From the NCBI GenBank assembly GCA_964187785.1, contig OZ076416.1, forward strand, positions 41,354,001-41,418,000: a DNA stretch of 64,000 nucleotides, given 5' to 3'. The first letter of the stretch is position 1, and every line of letters starts with the position of its first letter. The DNA is from Amphiscolops sp. MND2022 (Eukaryota). Both the position numbers and the translations under genes were made by a program. The notes under the pieces are model-generated. The model had not been told where the DNA came from. It was given only the letters and a program-made list of their open reading frames with translations, and searched no databases. Shown here piece after piece: positions 25,444 to 38,200 of the stretch.

Positions 25444-28400
25444 TCACCGCTTGCTTCCTTTTTTTTGTCCTTGGATACACTTGACGAAGACTGGCCTGAG
25501 GACAACATTCAACATTTCTTTCCGTTCCTGGCGTCTTTGCTGCAAAACCCGAGTGAGGTCACTTGACCGCACAGGACTACATATCAGTAGCGACTTATCG
25601 ATAGTAACAGCATTTGAAGGAGGTGGCGTACTCGGAGAAACACCTTGCACATTGGCAGCATCACAGGACACACTAGCTCCAGCCTGAGGATTAGCAATAG
25701 CAGCGTCAGCAGATGGAGACACGCTCGAACCACCAGTACCCGCAACTGACAATTTCGACAGTGCCCAAACGATGACGCCAGTTTTCCACCTGCTCCAAAA
25801 AGTACGCGTCGAAGCGATCACGTAAGCCGCGGTATAACTCCGGGTGGCAATGCTGATATACCGAAGTCCACGGAGAGAAAGTAACATCCTCAATAAAGCT
25901 CTTTCCAGCAGGAAGATTAACCTTCAGATCATCCAGACAGTCTTTCGTTAACAACACCCCAGAACTGAAACCAGAGAAGGAAACGTAGGACTGCACAGAC
26001 AGAATAGCCGAAGTAAGTATCTTCGATGGAAGAGCCACACCACTCAACGAGATATCCACATCAGGATATGACATTTCTCGAGGTACCACTAGAACTGAGG
26101 GCAACTGAACAACGCGTGACAAATGGTCCCGACAACTGAAAGCCACGGACTCCCGCATGAAACTAAAAGTGTCTTTGATGGTAGACACTACACGGCGATT
26201 CCGCCGACGCAACTCCACTAAGAACGACTTGAATTCGTTACAAGATCCTTCGGCCTCTACAGCAGTCAAACGCCCACACTCTTGGTAAAAAAACAACCAG
26301 ACCGCGAAAGAGCTCAACAGTATATGATTCCTCGCCGAGGAGCAGCATATCTGGCGAAAAACAACTCAAGCTAGAGGAAAGGCGCGAATTCATGAAAGCA
26401 GACTCATCTAACACCCTCAAAAACCCCACAGGCAGAGAATGACTCTCGCGAAGAAAGGAACGGCGTACTGCAGCGGTAGATCCAGCCAATGCCTTCACCA
26501 CAACGGGTTCTCCTATTAGACACTCCGCATACGAGAGGTTCGGCCAGGTAGTCAGAGGTTTGCCGACAAACTCGCTCCAGGCATCAATTTCAGGCAATTC
26601 AGATAGCTTCTTAACTTTGCTAAGCAGACACCAATAAAAGAAGCAGAATTCAGCATAATTCCGGCAACTGTAGTCGGTAACCTCAACCACGAACTGTTTC
26701 TCGAAATTGGCCATGAAACAAAGAACCAGCACCTGAAGGACACACAGTCGGGGCAAAAAATGGTCATCAGCCAGCACCATCTGACTCAAGTCCTGCGGTA
26801 TCTTGCTCCGGATTGTTGAAACAACACCACCCTCGCCCAAGAACAGCCTAATATCTCCCAAATGACTGCCGATCCCATCAAGAACAACACTGAGAAAAAC
26901 GAAAGGAATATCCCGCTGTTGAATGCATCGCCGCAATGTTGCAAGTCCAAGCATCCAGGACTGATTCAAAGCACGGTGTAGACGCAATAGCAGATACTCC
27001 AGAAGAGCGAAGCAGTCCAAAGCACTCGAACCATTTTTACCCGCTTCCTGAACATGCTCTTTGAATACCTTTGGAGTGTACTCAGAAATGAACATAGGCT
27101 TGGGCCGACACTGCGCAACACACCACTCGGTCACCACATTGAAGAGAGTCGACGAAAACCCCGCAGGCAAACAGGCGAATGCCCGGCTGGTAAAATGGCA
27201 AATATCCGAGACAAACCAACAATCTCAGAATCACAGAGGCCCGGCAAATTGGGTTCCCACAAGACGCAAATTTCACGCAGAGTGCCATTAGCAAAACAAT
27301 GCACATAGAAACGCAAACCATACTGATCCTCCCGCAGACTCACACTGAAGAAAGAATCACTCACCCATTGTGAACTCGGCGAAGAATCAGGGGGTATAGA
27401 GTCTGTTAAATTATCACCAACGTTTCTGTCTTGCTCCAGGTCGCCTGAGCATAACTAGAATCCACAGGGAGTACCGCCTGAAATTGACTCCACAACCGTC
27501 TCAGGAAACGATGAGATCCTCCACTACGAAGCAATTCAAATAAACCTCCGACTAGGGTTGAATACGGAACAATCGACACCACCCCCACTAACGCATCGAC
27601 TCATCTTCTATGAAAGGATTTTTCTTGCAAAAGACTACTGCAGGAGTTTTCTCTATCTCGGCTCGCAACTCTGCCGAAACCGACGACACAGGCACTTCAT
27701 CGAACCGGGTAGTATAGAGTACATCTTCGTGGTCCAAACGATAGAGCCCATCCTTTACGGAATGGCTCTTGCTAGTAAAATGACGCCAAATCTCTGGCTC
27801 ACCCCGACTGAGGAAAGACACGTCCCGACGACACACAGCACAATTGAACCCATCGGGATTCCGGTCCAATCTGCAGCTCACAAATAACTGTGGCAGTGCA
27901 TGACTAGCAAGTTCCTTCCGCAGTACATTATGCTCCACTTGTCGCCGTTTTCTGCTCTCGTACTTGGCAAAGAGCCGGCGTTTTGTCTCCTCTTCCGCAT
28001 TCATCTGGGACTGTCTAGACTGCATGTATATCCCTTTCGACTTCAACATGCGGACAATTTCAGTGAGACCTAAATAAGCAAATAAACCAATACACCGAAG
28101 CATACACTTTGAAAACACAACCAGCAACGTGAGAACAGACCAAACGATAGATTAACCAAAAGGTTTACAAATAAACCCAAACACAAAGGAAACTAACGTT
28201 TTGACAAACTACGCTCATCTTCTCGTTTCTGACTCCTTTCCAGCCGAACAGCTGCCTGCCCAAATGCCAGCAATTGTGAGGCAGAGAGACACACAGCCCC
28301 AGACGGGATATCCGAGAGTCCAGCTACAGAAAATCGACCAGGATGAGACATAACCCTTCAGGGTATATAAAGAAGGACACGGGAAATAAAGCAACGAAGT

Positions 28401-29388
28401 TCACAATGTCAATAATAATTACCTTTCTCCCATTCATTGTGGAGGACTGAGCGCTCCAGACCTACACTAGGCCGAGCATATTGGGTACGGTCACGAGTTT
28501 TACCAGAAGATAACCCAGATTCAAAGGCAACAGTGCCACCCACGATGGCAGACGTCCCACAGACCGCAATGCCAGAAGCCGGACCAGACTCATTGTGAGA
28601 ACCCGCATCACGCACCGGTGGAGTATTATCTGGAAGCACAACCAATACCCAATATCATCAATACTGACGTAGCACGACCATGACAGAACGGATACCTACT
28701 GGATACCTACTGGATTCGTGCAACTGCAGAAACAATGAGTCATCACTACCCTCATCATCTGATGAACCCAAAGCAGACACTCGGGAGCGTTTGATAGTTG
28801 CATCAGGAAGAGCAGAATGCAATCGCTTGCTACGGCGACCACCAAAACCACCGACAGAACTCCCGGGCACAAAATCTGCATTGAGAGGATCATCACTATC
28901 GCCTGCACAAAACCCATTTTCCATTAGAAGAATTGCGCGTCTGTTTACTAGCATAAAATTGTTAGCTGGCCACTAACAAATAGCTGAGATACTTACCCTG
29001 TTGGTTGCAAAGATAGTCCAAAGAATGTCTATTGTCACTCTCAGTAGAATGGTCTGAGTTGCCACAGTTTCCCTCTCCTTTAACATCGCCTTGTTCGCTA
29101 TCACTCTCGTCAATCTGGCCGAAACCAGCTACGGGTCGGCCAACAGAACCAGCAACCACAAGGGACTGAGCCACTGCCTCACGCCCAGCATCGGCTGACT
29201 CCTCCGCGATCCTCAATTGACCCTCAGCAGCAGAACTGTCTTCACCCAATCCCTGTTCTTTTTCCAGAAGTCAATCCATTCTCAGTGTTTTCTCCATCAT
29301 TGCCCCGTGACTCGAACTCACTTTCTAACACTCCAATCTCTCGCGAACGCATAAATCGCGCAGCATTCTCATCATTCGCCTCAGCCAT
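25444..29388 (-). pseudogene. Antisense, spliced cargo gene: acidic low-complexity N-terminus, C2H2 zinc finger and hAT-transposase-like body (~1150 aa reconstructed)
   Basis: Consecutive minus-strand ORFs join by single frameshifts (~29275, 27600, 27370, 27155, 26290, 25760) and by phase-1 GT-AG introns 28996-28948, 28695-28630 and 28422-28070. Finger CAVC-x16-H-x5-H. The hAT resemblance is by eye only. Confidence 0.6.
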
Positions 29389-29721
29389 CGTCTCTTTTTC
29401 AACAATACAATCTGAAAAGTACCATACCATAACATCAACGGGATTAAAACGAAGACGTGGCGTAAAACAAGCGAAACTATCAAAATGAAGTAATATTATT
29501 ATGACGTAATGAAAGTCATTCAGTCTGCCAGCTGAAAACTTTCCCCATCACGTAAGCGGCGTGAACAATATACGAGTAAAAGAATTACCAGTTAAACGTT
29601 TCAACTATTCCCAAGGCAGTTGACTACACAACTACCTTTATTCTACAGCGAACTCTTAAATTACTAGCAGCCTATTATTTCACAAAAATTACTACTCACG
29701 CAATTACAATCAGAAGAAACA

Positions 29722-30362
29722 ATGCAGACTCCAGAATTTGATTTATCTAGCTACTGCTGTATTCTGGATCGCGATGAGGACGAATACCTGAATTTGCCTC
29801 AAGCTCAATCTACTCCTACTATCAAACTATCTTCGCAGAAGGGCTCCCCCCATCCGAAATACATGGTCTATACGAGATTATAACGACTGAAGCAGAACAT
29901 TTGGTTTTGCACCATGATACAGCACCAGTGACTATTCTATCTACGGCGAACGAAGACGGCCCGACTATTCGACGGTTTACCAGGGACAACCCTGTGATTC
30001 AAGACGGCATAGATATCAGTCCACCCCCAAATTATCACGAGATGGACAGCTGGGTATTCGCCCCTAATAATGGAACAGTCAGCCCCATTTCGAGCCATAC
30101 TAGCTCAATTGGCTACTTTTCGGGGAGCGCTTGGACGACTGACTCGTCTTGGTTCCCATACGACTCTTTGGTACAATCCGTTTTCCAACCGCCTATTTCA
30201 TCGCCGTTCAGGTCGATTTCTTCACTTCCTCTCATACCGGACGTCCCTCAAGGAAGCCGGAGACTGTCGCGACCCCAGAGGTGTCACGGAATGCAAACAA
30301 CTAGAGGAACGCCTGAGGAGCGAAGCAAGGAAATCGACCAGAGTAGGTCAGAAATGCCATAA
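29722..30362 (+). pseudogene. Extra sense ORF (~210 aa, Ser/Pro-rich, one probable frameshift) crossing the PPT into the 3' LTR
   Basis: ATG at 29722. The 29901 frame is open back to ~29780, and its stop lies 98 nt inside U3. No recognisable domain. Confidence 0.4.
30250..30264 (+). promoter_or_regulatory. Polypurine tract
   Basis: AAGGAAGCCGGAGAC abuts the TGT start of the 3' LTR. Confidence 0.55.
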
Positions 30363-32135
30363 CAAACCAAAAAAGGAAACCAACAAACAGACTAATATTA
30401 TTTAAATAACATGTAAATGTACATTTACTACAATCGTGCTGTACCTGAAATACATAGATATGTAAATAATTATATGATAATAACAAGCGCAGTATTTGCT
30501 CAGTCAATCAGCCAGCCCGCTGACCGATATTATTTCGATCAACGCGTCGACTAGGGACTTGCCTCAGCGGCAGTAGTGATTTTAAATAATTCCGTCCGTA
30601 CTGACCAATCAGAATTGAGCGCAGTTGATGCTAATAGTGAATTTGAGTCAACGTCCCAGGCAGCATACCAGTCAACTGAAGCTGGGACGCACGCTCAGTC
30701 GCACTGCCTGAGTATACAGATGCAACTAATCGACGCTAAGTTCAAAGGAGATTTCACAGCTTAAAAGAAGCCAAATACCAAGAGAGTGTCCAATGAATAT
30801 TAATTACCAATAATTTAGCGGTATTGATGTGTTTGATTCACCTTGTGTTTGAGTCAACCTCCCAGGCAGAGTGCTAAATATCCCAAGTAAAACGACAACC
30901 AGGGTAGGTGACCAAAAATATCTGAGTAATATATAATATTTGGTTATCTCATTTGCGAAGCTGTCCTCTTTGGATGTATTGACTGATAATAGAATAGTGA
31001 AATAAACCCCCCAGTGCTTTTATTCACCCTCACATGCATCGTTTAGTTCACATACAGTTGAGTCAACCACCTGGTCAACCAAAAGGAAACGCGTTGCCTG
31101 GCGTTCACCCAGGATTCTAATTGCTTGTTCCATCCTAAAACACCAATTAACGGCTATAATTGTCTGATTAAAAGAAAATCAGTGCTGTTAATTTGTAACA
31201 CCGAAGTATTTTCTCGATTTGTTTACAAGCAAAAATTGGGAATATTCGATGTAAATTTCACTCTCCTTTCCCGCTTCAGTAGCTAGATTCATGAATTGTC
31301 AGTGCCAACTTTGGCTCAGCGTCTTGAATTGGCGGGAAATGAAGAAGGAAGCGACGCGGAATCGGGACTTCGGCAGGAAGTTGATTCCTACTTTTCCTTT
31401 AAAGTGAGATGACGCTGAAAGCCCGAGGAAGCAGACCTAATTTGGATTTTCTTGCCTCGGCTTGACGCCGAGCTGAACGACGTGTGAATTCACGCGTGGG
31501 ATTTATCCCGCGTGTCTAGCGAAAAGTATATATACCTGAGGCGGGTTAAGGAAAGGACCTGCATTAGTTTTGTAACTCGACGGACCGTTCGCCTGTAACC
31601 TTGAATATTGTTTTCGTAACGTTATCTTGTTCCTCTCTTGAACTATTCACTAGTAATCATATTATTTGTGCAGTCCAGAGTTTTGGATTCTATTTAATTA
31701 ATGAACTGACCTTGTTTCGGAACAATTCGGATCTAATAATCACTTAGAAGATACCTAATTCGATTATTCCAAGCTAGTATACTTTCTTAAAAAATGCCTG
31801 AAAAGACCCAGAAAAGGAAATTAAGAAGTGATCAAAGTACCAGTCATGTAGAGATTGAGAATTATAATTATCCGTATAAGAAAATGCTAGTCTTTCCGAA
31901 CAAGATTTTGAGGACATTTCTACCATTGTTGAAAACCGCCTGTCAAAACGATTGAGAGATACTGAATTTGGACAAAGAGAGATTTTAAGGCTGATTGAGA
32001 ATCTCACGTCCGAAGTAGACAGTCTATCAAACCCTGCTTCCGAACAATGTAGTTCTGCCTTACGTTACGAACTTGATACTGATCCTGTGGATAGCTCAGG
32101 AAATGAAAATGCTAATAGGAACGTCGGTTCCAACA
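30265..32135 (+). mobile_element. 3' LTR (1871 bp)
   Basis: TGTCGC...CCAACA followed by TSD GTTAG. Contains a second, frameshifted copy of the gag N-terminal segment from ~31794. Confidence 0.93.
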
Positions 32136-33004
32136 GTTAGCTTGTTGTTAAAGTATGTTTTTTGTTTGAAATGGCATAAGCTAAATACAAAAAAGCACGT
32201 GACTTTCCCCTCCTCAATTTCTGCTAATAAATATTAGAATTGCTTGAAAGTACACTCCATTTGACCTAAAGATTAACCCGGATTTCTAGACTGGGTGAAG
32301 ATGTCTGAGCAGCTCAAGTCCCACGCTAAACTTGTTTAGGCTTGCAAATGTAGGAGAACAAAGGATACATGAGATAAGGTTTTTGACACAATCACAATGC
32401 GATGTTTTAGAAAAAATAATTTGAACCTAAAGGCTCAAACCCTTGTTTTTGCCATTCATGTTCTTTTAAATTGGCATACAAGAACGACGCGGAGCACTTT
32501 TTAGAAAAAAGAACAAGACAGAAATGGCATACGTAGGCACCCGCTTAAGGTTCAAAGAGCGCAAATGTATTTGATAGAGTCAAGGAATCTTTTTCTCAAT
32601 CTCACAATGCCGGAAAAACTCAAAAGCCGGGCCTTCGACACACAAAAAAAAATAAAAAAAACCATGGGAAAATTTATATTTATTTAAAACGTCGCATAAT
32701 TCTGAAAAGAACAGCTTTAAGGTTTCATTGAGAATGAGCCTTGCGTTTCTCGGGGTTCTCTGAGTTCGTCACCGGAAAACAGTTTGATCCCCGGAAAAAT
32801 GATCCGATAGTTTCGCTACGTTTCGGTATTATCCCACTGTATAAGAAACAAACAGTCGACTAAACAATAGTGAACAACAATCAATTGATGTTACCTTGTG
32901 GGTTGCGAAACAAAGAAAACGTACCTGAGAGGAAACCAAGAAAGTCGCATATCGCCAAATCAGCTCATTTCAAGCTTTGGAATTTGCTTCAAACAGAAAT
33001 ATAG

Positions 33005-33561
33005 CAGGGTGTCACAGTAAAAACTTTCGTAAAAAAAGTCGCACAGTCCCGAAACAGCACATATAGTCTTCTCGATGGCATATAAGCAGTGAATTGTCGT
33101 GTATCAAGTTTTTCGTGTATCGTGTACTTCGTGTATTTGCAAAAACAGTTACATGTATTCGTGTATTTTAAAAATTCATGTATTTTCGTGTATAATCGTG
33201 TATTTTTTTCTGAAAAAAACTTTGAAATTTGAAAAATTTGAAAAAAAAATTTGAAATTGAATTCTAATTTACTCAATATAAACAACACTTTTAATCAAAA
33301 TTTCCTGCTCTTGAGCTTGCTGGAATGGCTAAATTTTCAAGAATTAATTTTTTGAAGATTACTGACACATTTTCTGCGTCTCAAAATAGAAATGAATCAA
33401 CCGAAACAGGACCAGAGTTCAAACTTTGAGACATGATTGCCATATTCACGCGCTCATTTCAATTATTGTGTAATCTTGTGTATTTCGTTATTAATTGTGA
33501 ATATTCAAAAAATTTTTTGGTGTAGGTTCGTGTATTAAAATAGCAAAAATCGTGTAACCTG
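33005..33561. mobile_element. Possible degenerate hAT-like MITE
   Basis: CAGGGT.../...AACCTG ends with many CGTGTA subterminal repeats. No matching 8-bp TSD. Confidence 0.3.
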
Positions 33562-35169
33562 TCGAGCAATATTTTAGAACCTCCGCCTACTCCTTACTCC
33601 TTAGTGAAACTTCGTATACTACTTCACTTCGTATACTGCGCCAAAAATTCGGATACTTCGAGATTTTGTAGAACTTCTGTCGTGTAGATTGTGAGAACAA
33701 AAATCTACTATAATACTCGTTTTTTTTTCAATGAAGCGCCTACTAAAAATCGGATATATTTTATACTTCGATCGGTTCACTGAGATAAAGCTGAAAATTT
33801 TCTGTATGGGGTTTTCTCCATTTTTTAGCAATTTCTCATTGTTTCTAAGACCCGTGTCATATATGTGTCGTACATTTTGATATATGTATTGGAAAGCCCA
33901 AAGGCTGAATTGGTACAAGCAGACTAAGTTTGAGTACCTGTAACAACTGGAGGTTAAAAAGGCGAAATTTCAGCTTCTACTGCAAACTATCGCGATAAAA
34001 AAACAACTATCTAGATCACATTGAAATGCTAAAAAAATTGATTTTCCGCATTTGAAAGCTGGTGATTTCAAGATTAAATTTCAGCTGGATGAACTAGTTA
34101 GTGCTTCGGAGAAAATTAAAAAACTTCATGGCTGCACATTATCTAAATCCAATTAAATTCAGAGGGATGAGAAAATCGAAAAATCTAGATCTTGTAGATA
34201 CCATTTTGGTAACTTCAAAGTAGAATGCTTTCATTGCCAGCAATCAAATTTCAAACTTGGTTCAGACTTTTGTTCCTCTTTTCATAGGGCATGATCCAAG
34301 TGAGACCATCATATGGCAAAACAGGTGAAATACTAGACATGAACTAAGAAGTATAGAAAATCAGTTTTTCGAAATACTATCCAGTTGTACAGATAGAAAG
34401 TTGTCATAGAAAAACAGATAGGTTTTTTCATTGTTTCGTTCTATCCCGTCAATTTCTCTATAACAAACGGAATTCACAGTCTTTGATCTGCGACAAAACA
34501 TGTCTTGACAAGCCTATGTAACTTAAATAATCGTCGGATTGAAGGGAGATACGAAGACTGCTTTCGAAAACGCAGAATAGATAAAATTTTTGATGCGCTC
34601 TAAATTTAGCATGAAATCTTTCATGAAAAACATGAAAAAGCTTTCTTCTTTTTGATGAACATGCTTTCGCTGAACTTCATATTATTCTGGTGTCCCCTTT
34701 CATTGGGTGTTCTGACATGAATTCTTGGAGCCAAAATTGCAGACCCTAATTGTATTTGACCTCGACTGTTGAAGTCACAATGTATAAGCTCACAGTAAAC
34801 CTTCAGAAAATATACTCTGAAAAGAGTTAAATTTTATGCACAAATAAAATATAGCATTTCAAATGGTATTCAAAACAGAATGTATACCAGTGGAAAGATA
34901 AAAAGTTGTCGTCATCTTAAGTTTCCCATACTATTTTCTGTTGCATTTAATAATTGAATTGTAAAAATAAAATAATTCACTGTCGCAGGCAGGGCCGTCG
35001 TCGACTGTTGAAAATAAAGTTTTGGAAAATTTTATATTCTGAACTTCACGGCCGTTTGTTTCAGATTGGCCGGCGGTTATGGGCGAGTGAATGGTTTTGA
35101 TCAAATCACAACAGATCACACATCGATAAGTCTCACTTCTGTCCATTTATACCCCCTTGCTTCTCCTCT

Positions 35170-35262
35170 TCATTCAGATTCTCTGTATTCTATGATTGCC
35201 TTCATGGCGTAATAGAGTTCAATTTGCATCCTTACTTCCATCACTAATATACAAATGTGCAC
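35170..35262 (-). CDS. SESN: Sestrin last coding exon (missed by the ORF track)
   Basis: tttcag|VHICILVMEVRMQIELYYAMKAIIEYRESE* resembles human SESN2 [26 protein letters not shown]. Confidence 0.88.
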   Translation of the reverse strand: MHICILVMEVRMQIELYYAMKAIIEYRESE

Positions 35263-38200
35263 CTGAAACACATAAATGGTACATTCCATGTCTTGAAAAT
35301 GAGCATCAAAAGGTGTCAAAACGAATCAATCTTCCAAAATAAAGATTCTCCTGGGGATCACATTGGGAAGAGACATACAAACTTTGTGAGTAGATCTAGT
35401 AAAAACTTCTCAAATTCCTGCACTGCTCCTCAAATTACCTCAAAATGTCAGAACGTCAAGATGCAAAAATTAAATGTTGGCTTCAGATTATCGTCTCTGA
35501 AATTCATCATTATCATTTCTGAAATAGAAATTAAAATAATCACCTTTCCATGTTGCACCAATAACTTCACATTACATAGAATACGCATGGAACTGAGTCC
35601 TAAGACGAAATTGGGCACAATTTTATGGCGGTTGAAAAAATTCATTTCGAAAGCGCCGAATATTCATGATTTTTTCATCCCATCTCAATTACGAAATGCG
35701 AGTCACTTTCCACTGTCATGAAAAATTGCTCATATCTGGGGGACAAAGGCAATCCCTTTGCAGTAGAGACAACTTTTTTGATAAGTTGGTGTCCATTGAA
35801 TGTCACCAAGTATGGCCGCAAAATATTTGACTGCGCAGTAATGAGATGTCCGAACGGCCAATTTTATTACTTCAAAATACGGAGCTGGTGAAAAAAGTTG
35901 TGATCCTTGGATATAGAGAAGAGTAACAAAGTAGCGAGAGGAAACTACATTGAGTTTCAATACCCAAAAAACGAAAAAATTCTCCAAATTTGATGCTAGC
36001 AACTTTGATTAACTTTCAGAGAATAACCTCTTTTAGGTCAACTAATCTATCATGCCTTCATTTTCTTTCGAAAGGGCGGGAACAGCACAAATTCAATTTC
36101 GATGAGCAAAAATATCAAGAGCAAGCAACAGGATATGCAAATGTAAACGGTGTTTCGCAATTAAGATTCGAACTCTGCCAGAACATGAAACAATGGTGTG
36201 CTGATTGGCAAGCTAAACAACATACCTTCCAACATTGTCGGTTCTGAAATAGAATGACACTCATTACATAACTCTCGGTAAACATAAGATTAACCAAGTT
36301 ATCGAAACTATTTTTATTTCAAGGGTGTCACAGAGCACTTGCGACTGTAACGTTGGCTGCTACAAAACTTGCAAACAGTTAAAATGCTCCCATATTAGTG
36401 GCAACTATTGCGTGTTCTGGTTAGTCAGAAATCCGACTGCAGTCGAAGAAAAAATCATAGAAATAATATCATAGAAATTTAAACAATTGATTTTAATCAA
36501 AATAAAGTTGGAATTTGATGGTAAATTATATGCGGATTTTCTATCGAATAAGCGCCGGTAGATTTTCCTAGATCCAACGTCAGAAAAGTTGAGCAATCGA
36601 ATAGCACATTAATTAAAACAGTTGGTATCTCCAACAAATGGACACATATTAGCAAACGTCCAGCCAGGTGTAACCCTTCCAACAAACAGTTCAGTTCGGA
36701 TACGAGTAAAAGCGGACAAATAAAACTTTGATCAATCGTGAACAAAACCAAATCTTGACAAAAATATGACAAAATTAATATGATGGAGACCCAGAAAGAC
36801 AATTAACAACTCACATCGTAAAATTGGCAGTTATTGGGAAAAGCTTATGAACAATTGTAAAATGAACAATTATTCTTACCATTTCAGAAAAATCCAGGCC
36901 ATAAGGATTAGAATGCTGGAAAAATTTGCGAGTGATAGTTTGTGGCTCGACCAGAGCCCTCTTGGCGAAGTCTATGAAAAGATGTCCTTGCTTGCTGGAA
37001 AAGAAGTCGATGAGATGGTAGTTGAAGTCATCGTACACAATGCCGTGTGTCATGAGACAAGTGCAGGGGATGGTACGTCTGAATGAGGTCGTGTCGAAAT
37101 CACCCTCGGCACCAAACTTACCAGGCTTGCCGAAACTGAAACGAAAAAATACAAACATGATCCCTCTTGCAGTTGCCATTATTCCAATTACAGTCTGGAC
37201 CAATTAACTTAAGGCCTAAGGGATTAAATAATTCTTAAAACAATTGAAAAATTTCAACCGCCTAAAGTAAAACCAATTGAGAGTGAAATCCGATCCCAAT
37301 TAATGATCGAATGCTCTCTATAATGCTCTACATATCTAAAACAAAAATCTAAACTCTACAACTAAAGAACAAACAAAGGCTGCAATAGCTTGTTCAGACA
37401 TAATTTTGGAAATACTCGGTTTTATTTCTTGTCAAGTTGAAAATTAGCGGAAGCTACTTTTCGTAAGGAAATGCAATTGAGTTTCAGTTTAATTATTCAT
37501 CACAACTATCTTTTGTACAAAATCACCTTTCTCTTTTGGTGAACGAATGTGAAACCAGATTTTATAAATTATAACCAATAATTTTAATCGATTAGGCTAA
37601 AAATTTAACTGGTCCAGGCACTATTTCAAATTACATCATTTGCTGTGGAAAATATCCATCAAGAAAATTAAAACAAGCCGGCAACGGCCCAAGTCGGCGC
37701 CATATCTAAGGCTCAAAAATAGCAAAAGGACTTCAAAGTGTTAAAATATTCTCTTCTAAAGCACCCCAAAAACCCAAAAGTTTGACCGGATTGGCGCGCC
37801 AGGGGAACGCTTTGGTATTTTTCATCCCTTCTGTCGCAAATCAAAAAAATTGAAGGGGGATCCTTTAATGAAAAAAAATGAAGTCTCACAATTCCGAAAA
37901 AAACTGAAAGGGGGACCTTTTGGATTTTTCAACATCCATTCTGCCGTAAAACTCCAGAAAAAAATGAAGGCGGAACCTTTGCGTCTAAAAAGTCGCACTA
38001 TGTCGAAATAATAAAAAAAATTGAGAAAAAATTTTACCTAAATTTTTTTGAAGTCTCCGGTAATTCGCAGTGCCAAAAAAATGTAAAAGGGGGGACCCTT
38101 TGGGATTTTTTTTAACGTCCATTCTGTTGCAAAATATCAAAAAAATTGAAGGGAGGACCCTTTGGAGACAAAAAATTTGCGGAAAGTCTCACAAAGACGA

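Larger units (their letters stand above)
16397..32135 (+). mobile_element. Full-length decayed Ty3/Gypsy LTR retrotransposon (15.7 kb, family A)
   Basis: Two homologous LTRs (about 90% identical by eye), TSD GTTAG at 16392-16396 and 32136-32140, PBS, gag with two CCHC knuckles, PR-RT-RH-INT order, PPT. Confidence 0.95.

Noticed and set aside
25444-29388. Independent nested DNA transposon explaining the antisense gene
   Set aside because: I found no TIR pair or 8-bp TSD around it. Not fully excluded without comparing copies.
25444-30362. env gene in the Gypsy 3' region
   Set aside because: No signal peptide, furin site or TM anchor pattern seen, and the main ORF is antisense.
16397-32135. 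DIRS/tyrosine-recombinase element
   Set aside because: It has direct LTRs, a 5-bp TSD and a DDE integrase; no YR motifs were found.
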